A stretch of DNA of 56,849 nt from a virus (lineage: Duplodnaviria > Caudoviricetes): the IMG/VR virus record IMGVR_UViG_3300033076_000987, positions 1-56,849 of that record. The stretch is one strand, 5' to 3'. Below the pieces are notes generated by a model, which saw only the letters and a program-made list of their open reading frames with translations, was not told the DNA's origin and did no database searches. Numbering within the stretch: the first letter of the stretch is position 1; every line of letters begins with the position of its first letter. The position numbers were made by a program, and so were the translations under genes. Positions 27,054-37,645 of this stretch are shown piece by piece.

Positions 27054-28097
27054 ATGAATAACAAATATGTAAATGACTTTAGAAAGGGTCAAAAGAAAAG
27101 CAAATACATTCAAGATCCAACATACTTGACTTTCTTCTTTCAATTTGTTTATGATGATGGTAATATGTCACCCCTGTTAGCTGATGCTCTTTCTGATAAT
27201 CCTGCGGTTGGTACTGCAGCATATTATTTGAAAAATTATATCAAAGATGAAGCACGTGCTAATTCATTAAAAGAATTTGCTAAGACATTAAGACTAATTA
27301 ATAGTCAAATGCCATGGTTCTGGCAAACTCTAACTGGAGCTGAAAACTTTTTGAATTACAATATTAATGAACCTTATAGAGGTGGAGATGATGCAAAATT
27401 AACGATTGGTTGTTTAGAGAGTCTAAACTTAATGGTCTCTGGTATGATGGATTTATACAGAGATGCTATGTGGGACGAAGACAGATGGTGTTGGGTAGTT
27501 CCTGACAATCTTAGAAAGTTTACAATGTTTGTTTACGTTTCTGAGATTAGAAAGATACAATCTACAACAGCTAATGGATCTGTTTCAAGCTTCTTACAGA
27601 CAGCTTTTGGTGTAAATAAGACAAATGCTTCAGTGACTGGTGATAACTTACCATTCTTTGCCTTTAGAGTTAGTTTAGCTGAATTCTCATTAACTTCTGG
27701 TAAAGATATTTTTGCTGATTTAAGTGCAACAAATAATGTTTCGCCATTGCCTAATATAGAAATCACATACGAAAGAATTCACACATACGATGCTAAGTAT
27801 CTAAATGGTATTATGGACAAAGAAATCGGATTAGATGATAAGAAAGCTGGAAGTGGTTTTCCTGGTCCATTAGGTGATATAGTCAATCAAGCTGCCGATG
27901 CAGTTTCTGGTATAGGTGATGATTTATCTGGATTTGTTGATAGTGCAATTGCAAGAGGTTCTAATCAAGTCCAAAATATGGTTAATGGTATAACGTCAAA
28001 CGTATTCTTAGGAAATGTTTATAGTGATACTCGTACTTTTAGAGATGCTCTTAAACAGGGTTCTATCAATTCAATTGCTAATCTTCTTAAGAAGTAA
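27054..28097 (+). CDS. Putative tail tube/baseplate junction protein
   Basis: Position in the baseplate block; QDPTYL.F, P.NLRKF.M.V.V motifs; function inferred. Confidence 0.45.
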   Translation: MNNKYVNDFRKGQKKSKYIQDPTYLTFFFQFVYDDGNMSPLLADALSDNPAVGTAAYYLKNYIKDEARANSLKEFAKTLRLINSQMPWFWQTLTGAENFLNYNINEPYRGGDDAKLTIGCLESLNLMVSGMMDLYRDAMWDEDRWCWVVPDNLRKFTMFVYVSEIRKIQSTTANGSVSSFLQTAFGVNKTNASVTGDNLPFFAFRVSLAEFSLTSGKDIFADLSATNNVSPLPNIEITYERIHTYDAKYLNGIMDKEIGLDDKKAGSGFPGPLGDIVNQAADAVSGIGDDLSGFVDSAIARGSNQVQNMVNGITSNVFLGNVYSDTRTFRDALKQGSINSIANLLKK

Positions 28098-28127
28098 TTG
28101 ATGCAAACAAAATCGAATACATAGTAT

Positions 28128-28811
28128 ATGGAAACCATAAGAGAATTAGGATCAGATGACCTAAGAACAACTCATTGGTTAGGTGAAGTCGTAGACAACA
28201 AAGACCCTGAGTTTCTAGGCAGATGTAAAGTGAAGATTTTCGGTAAGTTTGATTTATTAGCTACTGAAGATATTCCTTGGGCCTTTCCTATGAATAGAAC
28301 TAACCCTGGACAACATGTTGTGCCAAGGGTTGGAGATATAGTTGCGGCTCGCTTTGATAATGGTAACATATACATGCCAGAATATTGGGTTCATGTTGAT
28401 CAGAATAAAAATCTTAAGGATGATATTCTAAAATCGGCATCTGAACCACATAACGTAGTATCATTAGTTTATGATGCTGAAAGAAATATTAGAATTTATT
28501 GGTCAAAAGAAGATGGACTTGTGATTACAACAGGTCAGTCTAAAGATAAGGCTCCCATGATTCGTTTTGACGATAAGGGTGATATTCTTCTTAATGCTGA
28601 TAATATCTATATGGCAACTTCAAAGTCTGATAAGAAAGAACCGGCTGTAAATGGTGAAACTCTTTATAAGACTCTAAAAAAGTTTATGGAAGAATTCAAT
28701 AAACACACTCACCCAACTCCAGCTGGACCAAGTAGTCCACCTCTACCAACGAATGTAATTGTTGTACAAGGTGAATTAAGTAAGCTGGTTAAGATCAAAC
28801 ATAAAAAGTAA
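28128..28811 (+). CDS. Baseplate central spike (gp5 N-terminal OB-fold / gpV-like)
   Basis: WLGEVVDNKDP..LGRCKVKIFG, IPWA.P, VP.VGD.V, and C-terminal HTH metal-binding tip motif. Confidence 0.85.
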   Translation: METIRELGSDDLRTTHWLGEVVDNKDPEFLGRCKVKIFGKFDLLATEDIPWAFPMNRTNPGQHVVPRVGDIVAARFDNGNIYMPEYWVHVDQNKNLKDDILKSASEPHNVVSLVYDAERNIRIYWSKEDGLVITTGQSKDKAPMIRFDDKGDILLNADNIYMATSKSDKKEPAVNGETLYKTLKKFMEEFNKHTHPTPAGPSSPPLPTNVIVVQGELSKLVKIKHKK

Positions 28812-28848
28812 TCGGATATATAACTCATCACTTCTTAAAATAAAATAA

Positions 28849-30159
28849 ATGACACAAAAAAATCAAGTTAATTCTAAAGCTCAAAAAGTTAGAATCGGCG
28901 AAAAAAAGAAAAACGAGGCAATCAGTCTAGAAAGCCTAGTAACAATCAAACCATCTGAGAAAAAAGTTGTAGACTTAGATGCTCACAACAAAGATGCAGC
29001 ATGGTATCTTCCTAACGGTGAATTCAATTGGGATGCTTATGAAAATGAAGCTAAACCTAAAAGAACCGTCAATCCCCACATCAAATTAAAAGATCCAACA
29101 GACAAAGTATTTTGTCATGCTCCGTATGCTCAAGAGTTGTATGACATGATGTTTGGTAGATCAGCTAACAATTTTGCTGACAAATTTGCAGTTGAAGTTG
29201 GTAAAGTGTACGATGGTACAGTTTATGGAATTTCTAGCAATTGGATGAGTATCGATGTAGATTATAGAGAACTTATCTATGTTAACATCGAAAAAGAAAA
29301 AGCTAATGATTTAAAAGTTGGAGATAAAACTTCAGTTAAAATCGTTAGAGACAGAAGCAAAGGTGAAGACTTTGTAGTAGGTTCAATTGAGCAAGGTGTA
29401 CAACATGCAATCTTTGAAGATCTAATGGCCAATATTGATAATAATATTGCGTATGCTGGTCGTGTTAAACAAATGATTCCTGAAGGTGGTTACATTGTAA
29501 CAGTAAATGGTATTGATTGCTTTATGCCAGGATCTTTAGCTGGTATGAACAAATTACATGATTTCAGTTCTATTGTTGGAACGGATATGTATGTAGTTCC
29601 AATTTCATTCTCAGCTGAAAGAGGTACAGTTGTTGTTTCACACAGAGCTTATTTAAAGGCAATGGTTCCTTCAATCCTTGAAGAACTTAGAAATGCAAAA
29701 GACGAAGTTATCACAGGTTTCGTTACTGGTAGTGCTAAATTCGGTGTATTCTGTGAATTCAATGGTTGTTTAACTGGTATGATTCACATCAATGACTTAG
29801 ACGAAGTGCATGCTGCTAAGTTAAGAAAACATGAAATCAATCCAGGTGATCCTATTGAGTTCAAAGTAAAAGAAATCATTTCTGATACTAAGATTACATT
29901 GACTCAATTGATTCATAATGATCCATGGAACGGTATCACAGAAAGATACAAGATTCCTGCAAGAGTAACTGGTACTATCAAATCTATTAAAGATTATGGT
30001 ATGTTTGTTGCAATCGAAGAAGGCGTTATTGGTTTATTACACGTAAGTGAATTACCAGAAGGTGCTATCAAAGATTACGCAAAGAACCAGGAAGTTCAGG
30101 TGGAAATCTCAAGAATCGAAGAAATTACCAAAAAAGTATTCTTAAAACTTATTTCCTAG
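28849..30159 (+). CDS. rpsA: Ribosomal protein bS1-like, four S1 domains
   Basis: GGYIVTVNGIDCFMPGS, TVVVSHR, FGVFCEF...TGMIHINDL, DPW, G.IKSIKDYGMFV...GLLHVSEL. Confidence 0.88.
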   Translation: MTQKNQVNSKAQKVRIGEKKKNEAISLESLVTIKPSEKKVVDLDAHNKDAAWYLPNGEFNWDAYENEAKPKRTVNPHIKLKDPTDKVFCHAPYAQELYDMMFGRSANNFADKFAVEVGKVYDGTVYGISSNWMSIDVDYRELIYVNIEKEKANDLKVGDKTSVKIVRDRSKGEDFVVGSIEQGVQHAIFEDLMANIDNNIAYAGRVKQMIPEGGYIVTVNGIDCFMPGSLAGMNKLHDFSSIVGTDMYVVPISFSAERGTVVVSHRAYLKAMVPSILEELRNAKDEVITGFVTGSAKFGVFCEFNGCLTGMIHINDLDEVHAAKLRKHEINPGDPIEFKVKEIISDTKITLTQLIHNDPWNGITERYKIPARVTGTIKSIKDYGMFVAIEEGVIGLLHVSELPEGAIKDYAKNQEVQVEISRIEEITKKVFLKLIS

Positions 30160-30214
30160 TAGATGTTTAAAAGGGGTGATATATACTTGAAAGATAGTAT
30201 TATAATCTCTAAAT

Positions 30215-31516
30215 ATGTTAAACATTCACAACAAAGACATTCTATTTAAAGCCTTAATTGGCTTCGAATTCGAATTCTTTTCAAATTACGACCTAGACGA
30301 GGCAGTTAAACAACTTAAGTCTCTTCTGGGTCGTGATATTTATGTAGGTACCAAAGCACATAGTGAATTTCAGCCTACCGATAAAAAGTTCAAAGTAGAA
30401 CCTGATATGTCAGGCGGTAAGAATATGCTTGAGTTAGTAACTGGAGCTTTACCGTATCAAGATGCTAGAATGATTCTTATTAAGATTCTATCTTATATTA
30501 AAGAACATGGCTATACGACTGACAGATCTGCTATTCACATTAACTGTTCTTTTGATACCAAGCAAACTGGTGATCCATATAGAATCAAGAAAATGAATGT
30601 ATTGAAGTTTATTCTTGACTTCAATGAACAGCAAGTTTATAAATTCTTTCCAAATAGAGAAAATTCAGTATATGCAAAGTCCATTAAATGGATCTTACCA
30701 AGAGCTGAAAACTTCTATTTTGATGGTAATACAATTTCACCAATGAATTTTGAGTATCCGATGTCTAAATATTACGGCATTAATTTCTCTAAAGCAGAAA
30801 AAGGTTACTTAGAATTTCGTTATTTAGGTGGTAAAGATTATCAAGACAGAACAACTGATCTTTTACATTTGACTGATCTTTTCTTATTACAAATGTGGAA
30901 TGCCACTGAAAATCCTTCATTCACTGCCAATAACAAATTGGAATTGAAAAGAATTTTGGAGCTAAATAAAAATATTATTGATGGTCGTAAAGACTGGAAA
31001 AAGTTATTTCCAGTTGATGGTGAAATTAAGTTGACAGTTGATATGGATGACAGCGATGTTATTATCAATATGTATTGGCCGCAGATCAGAGAAAAAGTTA
31101 TCAAATTATTTACACACGGCGGTATCGAAGGTGGCAGAATCAATTATGATACTGATGCTGGTAGAATTCAGATCAAAGGCGCATTTATGAAAATGTGTTT
31201 TGAGCTTGAAGTTTATGAGTTTGTGGATTGTAAAATTAGAGGATCTGTATTTAATAGCGATTTATATAATTGCGAAGTTGAAGGATCTGATATTAGATTC
31301 TGTGCTTTGTTTCAAGGCACTACTATAAAAGAAAGTAAGCTTCAATCTTGTTATGTTTCTCAAAGTGTTTTCGTTGAAAACTGCTATGTATTTGGTATTG
31401 ACGGTTATTTTGAAGGTCAAATGCAAGGTGGAATATTTAGAGAAGGAAGATATACACATAAAGCCGATTTCATTGATGTTGAAATCGTACAAAGTAAAAA
31501 AATAGAACAACAATAA
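30215..31516 (+). CDS. Putative amidoligase (COOH-NH2 ligase) with C-terminal beta-helix-like repeats
   Basis: IGFEFEF, ELVT, SAIHIN.S, KYYGINF, LEFRYLGG; C-terminal pentapeptide-like periodicity. Confidence 0.75.
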   Translation: MLNIHNKDILFKALIGFEFEFFSNYDLDEAVKQLKSLLGRDIYVGTKAHSEFQPTDKKFKVEPDMSGGKNMLELVTGALPYQDARMILIKILSYIKEHGYTTDRSAIHINCSFDTKQTGDPYRIKKMNVLKFILDFNEQQVYKFFPNRENSVYAKSIKWILPRAENFYFDGNTISPMNFEYPMSKYYGINFSKAEKGYLEFRYLGGKDYQDRTTDLLHLTDLFLLQMWNATENPSFTANNKLELKRILELNKNIIDGRKDWKKLFPVDGEIKLTVDMDDSDVIINMYWPQIREKVIKLFTHGGIEGGRINYDTDAGRIQIKGAFMKMCFELEVYEFVDCKIRGSVFNSDLYNCEVEGSDIRFCALFQGTTIKESKLQSCYVSQSVFVENCYVFGIDGYFEGQMQGGIFREGRYTHKADFIDVEIVQSKKIEQQ

Positions 31517-31517
31517 G

Positions 31518-32351
31518 ATGACTGATATTACAGCACAAGATTTAGAGGACATGGGTCTCCCAAGGGAATATGATCCCAATTGTTTAAACAATTTTATGAT
31601 TGAATTGGCAGATGACATTACTGGAGCATGTATGATTCCAATGAATTTGCCTAAAAAAGAAGTTTATAATATTATTCAAAGAGCTAAAAAATGGTTCTAT
31701 AAAAACTATGAGTATTCTGTGCAAGAAAACTTTTTAGTTATTCCTGAAGATTATTTTAAAACAGAAATATACAAAAGAACAAGATCTTTAACACTACCTG
31801 GAGCTGCATTAGATGGCTCTGGTCACGTCTTCTCGGTATATGGTGTTTATCCTGTAGGTGCTTATTATGGAGCTGGTACAGACGTTCGTTTTACTAAGGG
31901 TGACTTTAATATAGATCGTTTGTTATTTGGTGGTATGTTGGGTCAAGGTACCTATGACATTAAGTCAGCTGAAAACTTGCAATATTATGTAGTTCAACAA
32001 AGTTATTACGACATGGCTCGTCAGATTATTAATAACACAATTTCTTTTAATTATAGTAATTTGACTAGAAATTTAAAGATTATGGGTGAAACTCCAAAGA
32101 GTCACTTAATTCTTGAAGTTTATCAAACAATTCCAGATTGTGCCCTTTTTGAAGATGAAATCTTCTTTAGATATTGTTCAGCTAAGATCAAAATTTCATT
32201 AGGTGCTAAATTAAGTATATTTGATTACAATTTACCTGGTGAAGTTAAGCTTAATGCCGATGTTATCAAATCTATGGGTGAAGATGAATTAGAAAAAATT
32301 ATAGAAGAAATCAAAGGCGACGAAGGTGTTGACTGGATGATGCATTCTTAA
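31518..32351 (+). CDS. Neck protein (T4 gp13-like)
   Basis: I.RA..WFY, C-terminal RY..A..K..LG..L......LPG.V.LN.......G..EL pattern. Confidence 0.7.
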   Translation: MTDITAQDLEDMGLPREYDPNCLNNFMIELADDITGACMIPMNLPKKEVYNIIQRAKKWFYKNYEYSVQENFLVIPEDYFKTEIYKRTRSLTLPGAALDGSGHVFSVYGVYPVGAYYGAGTDVRFTKGDFNIDRLLFGGMLGQGTYDIKSAENLQYYVVQQSYYDMARQIINNTISFNYSNLTRNLKIMGETPKSHLILEVYQTIPDCALFEDEIFFRYCSAKIKISLGAKLSIFDYNLPGEVKLNADVIKSMGEDELEKIIEEIKGDEGVDWMMHS

Positions 32352-32372
32352 TCAAATATATAGTAACATAGT

Positions 32373-32729
32373 ATGGAACTTTATATCAGAACATTAGACG
32401 ATCCGAATTACGATCCAATGAAGTTGCAATCTCAAACTGAGATTGCGCAGCTTTTGACACAGATCGAAACGATCCTTTTTACAACAAGAGGTGATGTTCT
32501 TGGTGATCCAAACTTTGGTGCTAACTTAGAAGATTTGTTATTTGAGTTTAACTTAAACGAAGAAACAATTCAAGCTTCTATAGAAAGACAATTGGCTACT
32601 TATTGCCCATTGGCTCAAAAATATAACACTCAGGTCGTTGCTAAATTCTGGAAAGATGGAGATGTTGTTATTGCAACAGTCGATGTGGTTATAAACAATC
32701 AATATGCTGTTAGGGCTGTAATAAATTAA
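32373..32729 (+). CDS. Baseplate wedge protein gp25-like
   Basis: I..ILFT.RG.VLGDPNFG.NL..LLFE. Confidence 0.85.
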   Translation: MELYIRTLDDPNYDPMKLQSQTEIAQLLTQIETILFTTRGDVLGDPNFGANLEDLLFEFNLNEETIQASIERQLATYCPLAQKYNTQVVAKFWKDGDVVIATVDVVINNQYAVRAVIN

Positions 32730-32736
32730 ACAAGAA

Positions 32737-34566
32737 ATGGCAGATTTTAAAATTTTAAACAAGGCTAGAATACAATCCAATCAAATCTTTGAGGATGCGA
32801 GAACTTATATTGCTAGAGCTTACAAAAGAACCGGTGAATTTTTCACCAATGCGTCACCATACGCTCAAATATTATCAGTTCTTTCAGAACTTGGTCAACT
32901 TATCATGTTCTACATCGAAGACGCATTAGTTGAACAAAATATTTATACTGCTCAGCAGACTGAATCTATTTATGGTTTAGCAAGATTAGCCGGTCACGAT
33001 CCAACTAGAGGCTTTAGTGCAACTGGACAAATTAAATTTAGATGGAAACCCGGTGTTAGTAGTGAGATTGCTGGTGATGCTTTAACAATTCCAGCTAATG
33101 CAGAAATTTCTTTCCCAGCAAATGGATTAATCTATCTAGTAAGAACGAATGGTGACCAATTTAGACTTGACAAAAACTTCTCAGGCTATATCAATGCTCC
33201 TATTATACAAGGTAAAATTGAAAGTCAAACAGTAACTGCCACTGGAGAAAGATTACAATCATTTAATATTAAAGTGTCTGGTGCAACTGGACATGACACA
33301 GTTAGAGTTACTGTTAATAGTGAACTTTGGACTGCTTATAATTCATTATATGAAATGGGAGCTGATTCTAAGGGATACCTTATTAAAACTGGTATCATGG
33401 GTGGATTAGATCTTTATTTTGGAAATGGAAACTTTGGTATGATTCCACCAGCTGGTGCTATTATCAATGTTGAATATATCAAACATGATGGTACTTTAGG
33501 TAATTTGGGTGATGCCAAAGATATTCATTTTAAATGGATTACAGAAGGAACTGATTCAGTTGGAAATCCATACGATTTAAACCAATTATTAGACTTTGAA
33601 GTTGTATCTGCACCTAAAATGGGTGGAGATCCTGAATCTACTGAGTTTACTAAATTGATCGCACCATTAGCTTCTAAATCATTTGTATTAGCAACACCAG
33701 AGAATTATGAACACTTCTTATCAAGATACAATTCATTCTCTTATGTTGATGCTTATAATACAACTGATGATGGTTATTTAGATGATGACAACGTAATTTA
33801 TTTGTTTATGTTGCCAGATGCTAAGAGAAAATTGACAGGAAGTCAAGATTATTTCTCATTGCCAATTGAAGAATTTACATTCACAGAAACTGAGCAAGCT
33901 GCTATCCAAAAAACTATTGAGGATTCAGGTCAACAAATGGTAGTTACAGACATCGAGTTTGTTACTCCAGTTATCAAAAAATATAGAATGGATATTTATG
34001 TTAGATACTTCGAAGGTTTTGACAAAAATCAAATCTTTAAAGAAGTAAGATCTAAGATCAGTGAATATTTAATGAATATCACAAGAAGAGATAAGCTGCC
34101 TAAGTCAGATATTATTGCTTTATTAGAAGCAATCGAAGGTATCGATGCATGTAACGTACAATTTGTTTCATCTCTTGAAGAAGAAGCAAGAAGATTGGGT
34201 TATTATTACGTTAAAACTATTAGTGTAACTCCTTCAACACCAGTACTTCAGGATGTTGGAAATGGCAAACAAAGATTCTTCTTCTTTGAAAAGAATGAGA
34301 CTATTGAAAAAGTTAATTTAATTCCAGGACAACCTAATCCAGTTGGATTTGATAAGTATGTTGGATTAGATAAATATGGAGACATCATTCTTGAAAAGAA
34401 CGAAATAGCTTTATTTAGAGGTGGTTGGTATGATAGAGACAATACTGAAGTAAAAGATACTCCAGCTTTGAATGAAATGGCAAGTTTATCAGTTTATTTT
34501 GATGAGCCACCAGTACAAAGAACAGTGTTTACTCAATTACAGGCTGCGACTAGAAAAGCACTATAA
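32737..34566 (+). CDS. Baseplate wedge protein gp6 / baseplate J-like
   Basis: EQNI.TAQ..ESI..LA...G..P, LYFGNGNFGMIP..G..I.VEY....G..GN, GG.DPES.E. Confidence 0.85.
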   Translation: MADFKILNKARIQSNQIFEDARTYIARAYKRTGEFFTNASPYAQILSVLSELGQLIMFYIEDALVEQNIYTAQQTESIYGLARLAGHDPTRGFSATGQIKFRWKPGVSSEIAGDALTIPANAEISFPANGLIYLVRTNGDQFRLDKNFSGYINAPIIQGKIESQTVTATGERLQSFNIKVSGATGHDTVRVTVNSELWTAYNSLYEMGADSKGYLIKTGIMGGLDLYFGNGNFGMIPPAGAIINVEYIKHDGTLGNLGDAKDIHFKWITEGTDSVGNPYDLNQLLDFEVVSAPKMGGDPESTEFTKLIAPLASKSFVLATPENYEHFLSRYNSFSYVDAYNTTDDGYLDDDNVIYLFMLPDAKRKLTGSQDYFSLPIEEFTFTETEQAAIQKTIEDSGQQMVVTDIEFVTPVIKKYRMDIYVRYFEGFDKNQIFKEVRSKISEYLMNITRRDKLPKSDIIALLEAIEGIDACNVQFVSSLEEEARRLGYYYVKTISVTPSTPVLQDVGNGKQRFFFFEKNETIEKVNLIPGQPNPVGFDKYVGLDKYGDIILEKNEIALFRGGWYDRDNTEVKDTPALNEMASLSVYFDEPPVQRTVFTQLQAATRKAL

Positions 34567-34582
34567 AATATAAACTACAAAG

Positions 34583-34855
34583 ATGGCAAAGACAATTTAT
34601 GACGGTTTATATAGATATAAGTTAACCAAACTTTACACCATAGCAAAGCGTTCTAAAGACGATAGAAAAAATAAAGGCTATGATTATAAAGATAAGATAA
34701 TGCGTAGATCAGTATCTCCGCATATTTACAGAAATGAAGTTATGGCTGATTTTCTAGATTTCATAAATGATTTTATTTATGAAAAAATTAGAGCTGTTAG
34801 AAGACTTAAATTATTTAAGTCTTTTACTGTTGATAAAGATTACGATATAGAATAA
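34583..34855 (+). CDS. Small structural-module protein
   Basis: Coupled to the following wedge gene. Confidence 0.6.
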   Translation: MAKTIYDGLYRYKLTKLYTIAKRSKDDRKNKGYDYKDKIMRRSVSPHIYRNEVMADFLDFINDFIYEKIRAVRRLKLFKSFTVDKDYDIE

Positions 34856-37635
34856 TGAATTTACAAGATCACTCACGCTATTTATTTTTCAACGGTACTA
34901 AAGGTATATTGAATTTTGATTACAACTCGACAGATAATATCTGGACGGGTAGTATTCATATTAATGAGGTTTCAACTGGACTTTTTGAAACTATTTCTTT
35001 AGCGATCTTAGAAGAAGTAAAGGATGTTGATGGTAATATTCGTTATGTAAAACCAATTGCTGGTAATGGGGAAGATGCTACTATTACAGCGAGATTGGTT
35101 ACCAATAATTATACAAGCGATGACATATTCTTATTTGAAACTGTTTTAGGTGATAATAATGACTTAGAAGTTAGCAAGGTTATTAAAAAACAACTTGCAA
35201 TTGATTCATCTTCTATAGCAGATCATACAAATCCAAATTACAAGATTATAACAAATCTTGCCAATATTCACGAAGAAGCAATAATTTTTAATTTAGGTCT
35301 ACATTCAGAAACTGAAGGATCTCATCTTAGATGGTTGGAATTAGTAATGTCAACTGGTCAAGTTATTGCATACATTAAATTATACGGCGAAGTTGTAGGT
35401 GAAGACGAACGTTTAGGTGTTCTATTAGACAATATGGGCATGAGTGTTCCTGTAAGCGATATGGTTATCTTCAAAGATCATGATATTGATGAAGTTGGAA
35501 CTGATTGGATTTTATTGAATGCTAAAAGAAAGGAAATGCTTTTAGAGGGACATAATATTAAACCTTATGTTGGAACTTATAAAGCTTTAATTAATGCTGT
35601 TAAATTTTATGGCTATAATAATCTAACTATCAAAGAGTATTGGTTAGATATTAATAAAAAGTCTCAAAACTTTGGAAAATTACGTGCAATTCCAGTGACT
35701 GATGTTGATAGTCCAGGATATAGTGTTAATGTTTCGACAGGAATTAATAAACCAAATGGAACAGCTAAAAAGACATCTCGTTTTTCTTTAACTTATAGAA
35801 TTAATAAACCAACTGGTTTATATGATGAATGGGACACTCCACTTGTACAAGAAGTTTATGACTATAGTCCAGAAGAAGTTTTAGTTAAATTATATGCTCT
35901 TAAAAATAAGCTTCAAAGAGATTATTTACCATTGTATGCCAAAATAGTTGATATTACTGGTGAAGCTGATATTTTTGGAGTTAAAAATACGAATGTTAGT
36001 ACTAATGCCAATCCGATCGGATTTATCGATGGCGGTATAGATCTTAAATATACAGTGTTTCCTGACAGAACTATTTTCATCGAGAACTTAGAGAAAGTTA
36101 GTGATGCATTTACAGATAATTACAATGATTTTATTAATTTACCAAAGGTAGTCAATAATATTTACTATAATAGATTGGGTATGATGAATGACATTAGAAA
36201 TTTCTATGCATCTTATCATGATCTATCTTTAGAAGACAATGAAATGACTCCATTTGATAACGTTGGACCTATTACTGGTGCTCCACTTATTTTAAAGTTT
36301 GATGGCTATCAAGATCTTTGGAATGAAATGGACGAAGACATTACATGGAATGATTTTAGCCACGAAGAATTTAATCAGTGGAATAATTATTGGTGCAGAA
36401 ATACTTATGAAATTGAATGGACAATCACAGGACCTAATGATTATAATTTAGTAATGAGAGGACCTATTGGTTATTGGAGTGAAACAAACTCTGGAACACC
36501 AAGCGGACTTGTTGCAGTTTGGAATCCAGAATTCTGCGAATTACCAATTGCTTTACCATTTACTGGAAGTTATAACGTTACGCTTAAGGTATACGATCTT
36601 TATAATTATGTTTCTCAACTTAGAGAATATGATAGAATCACGGTAGCTAGCAAAGAGGTTTGTATTTATGGACTTTATAAGCATAGAAAAGAAAATTACA
36701 CATGGAACGAGTATGATGACCAATGGAGATCTACGAGCTCTTCATGGAACTTACCTGTAAATAATCAGGTTATGATCCAGGACGTCCCAGCTTCTGCATA
36801 TTTGACATTAGACAGATATAACTACTCTTATAATAATGACAATCCAGATTTGTCTACAATCACAAGATATAAAGATGATGAGGCAGAATTTGGTTGGTCA
36901 GAGACTACAGGTCCTTATTTTTGGAATAATCTTGGTGATGCTAACTGGAATGACACATCTAGTTTATGGTGGGAAGCTACTGAAATTGGACCAGATCAAT
37001 CTTCATCTTTTAAAATTAGCGATATTGAAAACGGAAGTACTTTAACAGTTTATCATAAAGTGCCTGAAACTAGTCAAATTATCATAGGCTCTTATGTTAT
37101 TACAAGTCCAACTCCAACTGGTATGAATGATGTTGCTGGATGGCAATTAATAGCAGATGAATTAAATGCAGTAAATGACTTAGTCATTAAGAAATTTACA
37201 TTTAATCCTGTATTTTTAGATTCTGATGGTGATGGTATAAATGATACGTGTTTATACATATTAGGTGTTGGAAAAGAATATAGTTCTCATTATGATTTTG
37301 AAGAAGCTACTTTAACCTTTGGTGAAATTCATAGTGGTCAACACTATGTAAGTAGAAATCCTACATGGAATGATACAATATTCTTTGATGGTCACGCAGT
37401 AGTTAATAAACTTACACATGTTACATTTGCATTAGATAAAACGATGATGCCAGGAAAAACAAATCCTAAATGGATTCTTAAAAATGAGTCTCAAAATTCT
37501 CCTGATATATACTATGATAATATGTGGTTTACCTACTTGTTTAAAAATACTGGAACTTATTCATTAAGTTTAGAGTTAGAGGATACAAATGGTAATATCA
37601 ATAAAGTCAAGAAAAACATAATTACAGTAAAATAA
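34855..37635 (+). CDS. Large baseplate wedge protein (gp7-like) with C-terminal PKD/Ig-like domain
   Basis: GTYKALINAVKFYGY, Trp-periodic stretches, YLFKNTGTYSLSLELED.NGN. Confidence 0.6.
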   Translation: MNLQDHSRYLFFNGTKGILNFDYNSTDNIWTGSIHINEVSTGLFETISLAILEEVKDVDGNIRYVKPIAGNGEDATITARLVTNNYTSDDIFLFETVLGDNNDLEVSKVIKKQLAIDSSSIADHTNPNYKIITNLANIHEEAIIFNLGLHSETEGSHLRWLELVMSTGQVIAYIKLYGEVVGEDERLGVLLDNMGMSVPVSDMVIFKDHDIDEVGTDWILLNAKRKEMLLEGHNIKPYVGTYKALINAVKFYGYNNLTIKEYWLDINKKSQNFGKLRAIPVTDVDSPGYSVNVSTGINKPNGTAKKTSRFSLTYRINKPTGLYDEWDTPLVQEVYDYSPEEVLVKLYALKNKLQRDYLPLYAKIVDITGEADIFGVKNTNVSTNANPIGFIDGGIDLKYTVFPDRTIFIENLEKVSDAFTDNYNDFINLPKVVNNIYYNRLGMMNDIRNFYASYHDLSLEDNEMTPFDNVGPITGAPLILKFDGYQDLWNEMDEDITWNDFSHEEFNQWNNYWCRNTYEIEWTITGPNDYNLVMRGPIGYWSETNSGTPSGLVAVWNPEFCELPIALPFTGSYNVTLKVYDLYNYVSQLREYDRITVASKEVCIYGLYKHRKENYTWNEYDDQWRSTSSSWNLPVNNQVMIQDVPASAYLTLDRYNYSYNNDNPDLSTITRYKDDEAEFGWSETTGPYFWNNLGDANWNDTSSLWWEATEIGPDQSSSFKISDIENGSTLTVYHKVPETSQIIIGSYVITSPTPTGMNDVAGWQLIADELNAVNDLVIKKFTFNPVFLDSDGDGINDTCLYILGVGKEYSSHYDFEEATLTFGEIHSGQHYVSRNPTWNDTIFFDGHAVVNKLTHVTFALDKTMMPGKTNPKWILKNESQNSPDIYYDNMWFTYLFKNTGTYSLSLELEDTNGNINKVKKNIITVK

Positions 37636-37645
37636 AATATAAAAA

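Noticed and set aside
8665-32400. Similar starts MELYIKT (8665) and MELYIRT (32373)
   Set aside because: Similarity is limited to seven residues with unrelated bodies; likely chance.
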